This document shows, piece after piece, positions 60,101-64,000 of a stretch of 64,000 nt of DNA. The stretch comes from Patescibacteria group bacterium (GTDB lineage: Bacteria; Patescibacteriota; Patescibacteriia; UBA11705; DATKZF01): the NCBI GenBank assembly GCA_049319825.1, contig JBMORT010000008.1:12331-76330 (forward strand), given 5' to 3'. Both the position numbers and the translations under genes were made by a program. Numbering within the stretch: position 1 is the first letter of the stretch; each line of letters opens with the position of its first letter. The notes beneath the pieces were generated by a model. It searched no databases, was not told where the DNA came from, and saw nothing but the letters and a program-made list of their open reading frames with translations.

Positions 60101-60419
60101 AATATTCATAATTTTCGATAATCGCGATTTCTACAAATTTCTCAGATGATAAACCTAATTTATCCAGAGAACCGAGAACCATGTCCGGGGCGGATTTTAA
60201 TAGCGCTTTTTGAAAATGTTGAATATTATCAGGTGATAACTCAAGTGAAGAAAAGTTGTCAATAAAATATTTTGAGCTCTTTTCATTTATTTTTGAAATC
60301 ATGTCGTCCTCAATATTCTGCTTTACTTGCGAATGTTTTATTTTTTTGACTAGCGCTACCGCGTAATCCGGGTTATTTTTCGTTAGAAATTGCAGCTCAT
60401 TGTAAAATTTATCTCTCAT
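57168..60419 (-). CDS. large hypothetical protein with ~29-aa helical repeats
   Basis: 1083-aa ORF; repeated LSPEQQ.xLIDxLI units; C-terminal GDIGDAC region. Confidence 0.8.
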   Translation of the reverse strand: MRDKFYNELQFLTKNNPDYAVALVKKIKHSQVKQNIEDDMISKINEKSSKYFIDNFSSLELSPDNIQHFQKALLKSAPDMVLGSLDKLGLSSEKFVEIAIIENYEYLSKNITNFNLSPEQKSDLIDRCIINGKIDNIFTNLAAFGISENELVDRAIDKNADSLIDHLGRKGISADQKEKIISKVLNIWKPYGGSHYVENLIKVLSPEDLEKIKDTLIRYHFIAVLKFSDKLNLKPEEIKENIHRFIQRDPETAFENLQKLAVTQEEFAELLIIYSPKKVPSFLSKLTISPEQQNRLIDELTNQYPADLLRDLDKLTLSPEQQNNLIDALIQKHPAELLNYIGKIYIPHDQMSRLVDKLIEQTPSILLQHLKDFAFSQKQRNDLIENLIKKNPIAMLSALKKLSLSLEQQNTLINKLIQEDPLELLNNLGKLPPSPEQQKQLAEAASKTSMKKLFSYPQVLASLAWEKPVIKLRDIQDFSANENHCPWTKEIQPLLKQMTDENRLSLEKTEDGEMFLSFIKEFGAFNMPLLCGSYVELKKITDLSELEPNTRKNLEEAVGSLEKFKTPDGVINEIRNFKRKLQQELLRDKIPAKIDTALGIEVLGALKGTTKWAGMGSMSNLINVWRKTAAEIPQLAELPEGYEEKPIEISETEAIKISDEEKNTRENALLENKTLQAMFENLRDAMKEGSKIEDVNGYWQGQKELIKGTLSEKLEKARAKLSEVPDKANKGIQKSIENLENTLSAVEGLEIKKDASEEEVVQFMSDLADIKEAKNALQVMSAFHLKKIIPDGWRSHFDSLAAGEGEATKQDISQMSDLLLQFINEHYLHPEQKQHHAYHSPFSNKLRKTLEDVWQTREDPAKHLIHQTNAQLQQISEQGKITKKKTEIALVSAKGLLRVFSGDIGDACYTSQHDMLAKGEFPGITSINIVTNRNKAQERIDGSVLFIETKTPDGKKVLNIRANNPRENLLGRVNGDALIKEIIKYAKETAQRRKIDIVALPLDGASHSSSNRPTVSAYYQKNFSKNKKVELVNEPETNFNNYSNWNPDGKSPVVAIWNKRTFRASRKYKAPKIGAKAIKKIKK

Positions 60420-60421
60420 CT

Positions 60422-60832
60422 CTACTTCGATTTTTTTATTTCCGCATCCGGAATATTATCAAGATCATTGCCGTATTTATCTGTTAATTCATTTATTTTG
60501 TCGATAATTTTTTTCGCTCGTTCGAATGATTGTTCCGCTTCAGCCTTTTCTTTATCAGCCGGCGCCACTTCCGCGGTCAAGATGTCTTTCGCCCCTTCCG
60601 CCTCCTCATCTAGTCCAGTGAGCTCAGCTTCTATGTCCTTATCCACCGGCTCGCCCTCAGCCATTTTTTCAGCCAAAGGCAAGCCGCCAGTCTTGAACTC
60701 CTCGACCGCCGCTTCGGCTTTTGTCATAATTTCCTCAGGCTTTGCTTCTACATCTTCCGGCGTCGGCAATCCTTCTTTTTCCGGCGCGGCCGGGATTTCC
60801 GTATTTTTTATTTCATGTTCTCCTAAAACCAT
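60422..60832 (-). CDS. acidic hypothetical protein
   Basis: 136-aa Glu-rich ORF, stop 2 nt before the next ATG. Confidence 0.65.
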   Translation of the reverse strand: MVLGEHEIKNTEIPAAPEKEGLPTPEDVEAKPEEIMTKAEAAVEEFKTGGLPLAEKMAEGEPVDKDIEAELTGLDEEAEGAKDILTAEVAPADKEKAEAEQSFERAKKIIDKINELTDKYGNDLDNIPDAEIKKSK

Positions 60833-60833
60833 A

Positions 60834-60986
60834 TTATTTTTGCTTTATTTCCTCCTGAATTTGTTTGATTTTTCGATCAGCGAGGCGCTGGCTGTATTTA
60901 TTTAGCGTCTCAAGCTGTTTTTTCCGCAATCTATTTATGCGTGATTCAAACTCTTTCCAGGCTTGTTCGGATTTATTTTTTGCCAT
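60834..60986 (-). CDS. small coiled-coil protein (50 aa), not in ORF track
   Basis: Hand-translated MAKNKSEQAWKEFESRINRLRKKQLETLNKYSQRLADRKIKQIQEEIKQK. Confidence 0.65.
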   Translation of the reverse strand: MAKNKSEQAWKEFESRINRLRKKQLETLNKYSQRLADRKIKQIQEEIKQK

Positions 60987-61096
60987 ATTTTAAAATTGAT
61001 TTATTCATTGACCTAATTATAGCAAAACTTCGGCCAGATCACCACTTTTAATAATGCGAATTTTGTGGTATTTTATATTTGTGCAACACTTCGGTT

Positions 61097-62869
61097 ATGC
61101 GTCGATATTTTAATACAAACGAAAAAAGTGAAAATAAAAAAAAGACCCCGAAAAATGACCGCCGGATAATTTTTTTGAAGGTAATTTTTATGATTGTCAC
61201 CGTTTTAATGGTGGGGAAGCTTTTTAAGCTGCAAGTATTGGACCATCAATATTATTTTGCCCTGGCCTCGAACCAGTATGAAATATTTAAGCAGCTTTTT
61301 CCGGTGCGCGGCGATATTTTGGTCAGGGACGATAAAGTCAGCGTTTTTGACGAAGAAGATTTATATCCGCTGGCGACGAATAAAGAATTGACTTTGGTTT
61401 TTGCTAAGCCATATGAAATCGACGATCCCGAAGAAACACTATCCAAGCTTAAAGAAGTTTTTCATATTGACGATGAAGAGCAGGAAAAGGCGCTGCTCGA
61501 AAAGCTCAGCAAAGAAAACGATCCGTATGAACCGATTGAGCATCGAGTTGACGATGAAACAGCTAAGCGGCTGCAAGAATTGAATATCAAGGGCATTCAC
61601 TTGAGTCCGGAAAAATCAAGATACTATCCGGAAAAAAATATCGGCAGCAACATTCTCGGATTTGTCAGTTTTTCGGAAAATGCCGGTAAATACGGATTGG
61701 AAGGCCATTACAACGATTTATTGGCCGGGAAAACCGGATTTTTAAGTTCAGAATTGGACAGTTCCGGCCGCTGGATAAGCGTGGCCGGCAAAAAATTCGA
61801 AAAAGCCGAAGATGGCGCTGATATAGTATTAACTATCGATAAATCAATTCAATTTTTCGCCTGTGAAGCGCTGGATCAAGCGGTCAGCGGGTATAGCGCC
61901 AAGGGCGGCAGCGTCATAATAATGGATCCATATACCGGTCGGATTATCGCCATGTGCTCGGCTCCCGATTTTGATCCGAATAATTATAACAAGGCAGCCG
62001 ATATCGATGTGTTCAATAATAATGCGATATCGACCGCTTACGAGCCCGGCTCGATCTTTAAGCCTATCACCATGGCGGCCGCGATCGACGCCGGCCGGAT
62101 CGATCCCTATACCACCTATAATGACACCGGCGAAGTGGTCATCGATCAATGGACGATAAAAAATTCGGACGGTAAGGGGCATGGATTGAAAAACATGACC
62201 AATGTGCTCGAAGAGTCTCTTAATACCGGATCGATTTTCGCTGCCCGGCAGATTGGGATTGGCGCTTTCACCAATTATGTCCGGAATTTCGGTTTGGGAT
62301 CATCAACCGGATTTGATTTGGGTCCGGAGTCGCCCGGAGACATCAGCGCGCTTGATAAGCAAAGCGAAATCTACATGGCGACGGCGTCATTCGGTCAGGG
62401 TATCACCACCACGCCACTTCAGATGGTTGCCGCTTACGCGGCTTTAGCCAATGGCGGCAATTTGCCCCATCCGTATATAATCGATGAAATTCGCTACAGC
62501 GACGGCACGGTAAAAAAGACGGAATTAAAAAGTCCGCGGCGGGTGATATCAGAGCGAACATCGGCATTGCTCAAAGGCATGCTCGTTTCCGTGGTCAAAA
62601 ATGGTCATGCGGAACCAGCCGGAGTGCCCGGCTATATTGTCGGCGGAAAGACCGGCACGGCTCAGGTGCCTGATAGAATTCATGGCGGATACAGCGCAGC
62701 CACCATCCAATCGTTTGTCGGTTTTGCGCCGCTCGATGACCCCAGATTCGTGATGATCGTTAAGCTGGATAATCCGGAGCGCGCGTATTCTGTTTTGACC
62801 GCCGCACCGACATTTGGCAAGATAGCCAAGTTTGTATTAGAATATTATGGGATTGCTCCTAGCGAATAA
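61097..62869 (+). CDS. ftsI: class B penicillin-binding protein (FtsI-like)
   Basis: RGDI, RYYP, GLE, LTID, YEPGSIFK, SLN, GKTGTAQ; upstream of murF. Confidence 0.88.
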   Translation: MRRYFNTNEKSENKKKTPKNDRRIIFLKVIFMIVTVLMVGKLFKLQVLDHQYYFALASNQYEIFKQLFPVRGDILVRDDKVSVFDEEDLYPLATNKELTLVFAKPYEIDDPEETLSKLKEVFHIDDEEQEKALLEKLSKENDPYEPIEHRVDDETAKRLQELNIKGIHLSPEKSRYYPEKNIGSNILGFVSFSENAGKYGLEGHYNDLLAGKTGFLSSELDSSGRWISVAGKKFEKAEDGADIVLTIDKSIQFFACEALDQAVSGYSAKGGSVIIMDPYTGRIIAMCSAPDFDPNNYNKAADIDVFNNNAISTAYEPGSIFKPITMAAAIDAGRIDPYTTYNDTGEVVIDQWTIKNSDGKGHGLKNMTNVLEESLNTGSIFAARQIGIGAFTNYVRNFGLGSSTGFDLGPESPGDISALDKQSEIYMATASFGQGITTTPLQMVAAYAALANGGNLPHPYIIDEIRYSDGTVKKTELKSPRRVISERTSALLKGMLVSVVKNGHAEPAGVPGYIVGGKTGTAQVPDRIHGGYSAATIQSFVGFAPLDDPRFVMIVKLDNPERAYSVLTAAPTFGKIAKFVLEYYGIAPSE

Positions 62870-63002
62870 ATCCCAAAAAACAAATTTTAAATACAGATAA
62901 ATAACAAGTCCCAATGAACGAAATTCCAAGAATCGAAATTCCCAATTGACATTTGGAGCTTGGCTCTTGTTGATATTCAGTGCTTGTTATTTGTAATTTT
63001 TT

Positions 63003-64000
63003 ATGATGAAGGTATTACAAAAACTACTTGCTTTCTTTTCCCGTCTGATATTAAACAGATATAAACCAAAAGTGGTGGGGATTACCGGCAGCATCGGAAA
63101 AACCTCGACCAAAGAAGCATGTTTTACCGTGTTGAAAAATAAATTTTCGGTTAGAAGAAATGTTAAAAATTATAATAATGAAATCGGCGTGCCATTGACT
63201 ATAATAGGCGCGGAAACGGGTGGCCGGTCATTATTTAAATGGTTGAGAGTTTTTGTAAAGGCATTTAAATTGTGGATCAAAAAGGATCCTGATTATCCTA
63301 AAGTTTTAATTTTGGAAATGGGAGCCGATAAACCGGGAGACATCAGATATTTGACCGGTATCGCGCCATTGGATATCGGCATTATCACCAAAGTCAGTCC
63401 GGTGCACATCGAATTTTTTGGTACGATAGAAAAAATAGCCAGGGAAAAGGGAAGCCTGATAAGAAATTTTGGGGAAAAACAAATCGCGATTTTAAATTTT
63501 GACGATAAACTGGTAAGAGCCATGGCCGGATCCACTCCGGCGCGCGTCATCAGCTATGGCTTCGCGGAAGATGCGGTCGTTAAAGTGATTGGCGCCAATG
63601 TCAGCTTGGAAAATGATCGAATCAAGGGATTAAGCTTCAAACTGGTTTATCAGGGCTCGACCGTGCCGATGTTTCTGCCGGGGGTTATTGGTTTTCACCA
63701 ATTGTACGCGGCCATGGCCGGCGCCGCTTGCGGTATCGCGCTGGGCATGAACATGGTGGATATCAGCCAAGCCTTGCAGCTGTACCGAGCGCCGAAAGGC
63801 AGAATGCACCTGATCGATGGAATAAACGGATCGACAATTATCGATGATAGTTATAATTCATCGCCCGACGCGGCCGCGGCCGCGATTGAAGCGGCCGGCA
63901 AATTGCCGCGGCGAGGACAATTGATTGGCGCTTTCGGCGAGATGCTGGAGCTGGGCGATTTGGCGGTGGAAAAGCATCAAGAGCTGGGTCAAAAGGCGGT
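63003..64000 (+). CDS. murF: UDP-MurNAc-tripeptide D-Ala-D-Ala ligase MurF (3'-truncated by window edge)
   Basis: Hand-read GITGSIGKTSTKE, YNNEIGVP, LEMG, DDSYNSSP, GEMLELG. Confidence 0.9.
   Translation, partial: MMKVLQKLLAFFSRLILNRYKPKVVGITGSIGKTSTKEACFTVLKNKFSVRRNVKNYNNEIGVPLTIIGAETGGRSLFKWLRVFVKAFKLWIKKDPDYPKVLILEMGADKPGDIRYLTGIAPLDIGIITKVSPVHIEFFGTIEKIAREKGSLIRNFGEKQIAILNFDDKLVRAMAGSTPARVISYGFAEDAVVKVIGANVSLENDRIKGLSFKLVYQGSTVPMFLPGVIGFHQLYAAMAGAACGIALGMNMVDISQALQLYRAPKGRMHLIDGINGSTIIDDSYNSSPDAAAAAIEAAGKLPRRGQLIGAFGEMLELGDLAVEKHQELGQKA

Noticed and set aside
60419-60424. Stop-codon readthrough fusing the 136-aa and 1083-aa ORFs
   Set aside because: The ORFs are separated by 2 nt and are out of frame; translational coupling is the simpler explanation

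Overview
Chromosomal segment (~43% GC by eye) of a small-genome bacterium, most likely Patescibacteria/CPR. This is an inference from the short RpoA lacking the alpha-CTD, truncated AlaRS, short TsaB/L13/MurF, and core genes without Shine-Dalgarno motifs. Core content: mnmA, alaS, mutS/mutL, the infA-rpmJ-rpsM-rpsK-rpsD-rpoA-rplQ-rplM-rpsI cluster, rplJ-rplL with an L10 leader, tsaB, and a dcw cluster (mraZ-rsmH-ftsL ... ftsI-murF) split by ~23 kb of other genes. I recognised no tRNA, rRNA, CRISPR, integrase, transposase or reverse transcriptase. Most notable observations: (1) a ~770-nt GC-rich, hairpin-dense, apparently non-coding unit with a consensus sigma70 promoter between mutS and mutL, bracketed by an exact 109-bp direct repeat (candidate large ncRNA); (2) gene cassettes behind alaS separated by three degenerate copies of the alaS 3' tail, plus a 41-bp duplicated tsaB start flanking an insert, suggesting integrase-free cassette accretion; (3) a covarying four-way-junction REP-like family; (4) a 34-unit helically phased 10/11-bp array; (5) intergenic hairpins built from inverted short tandem repeats; (6) a Shine-Dalgarno dichotomy between core and accessory genes; (7) unannotated small coiled-coil proteins paired with large effector-like genes.
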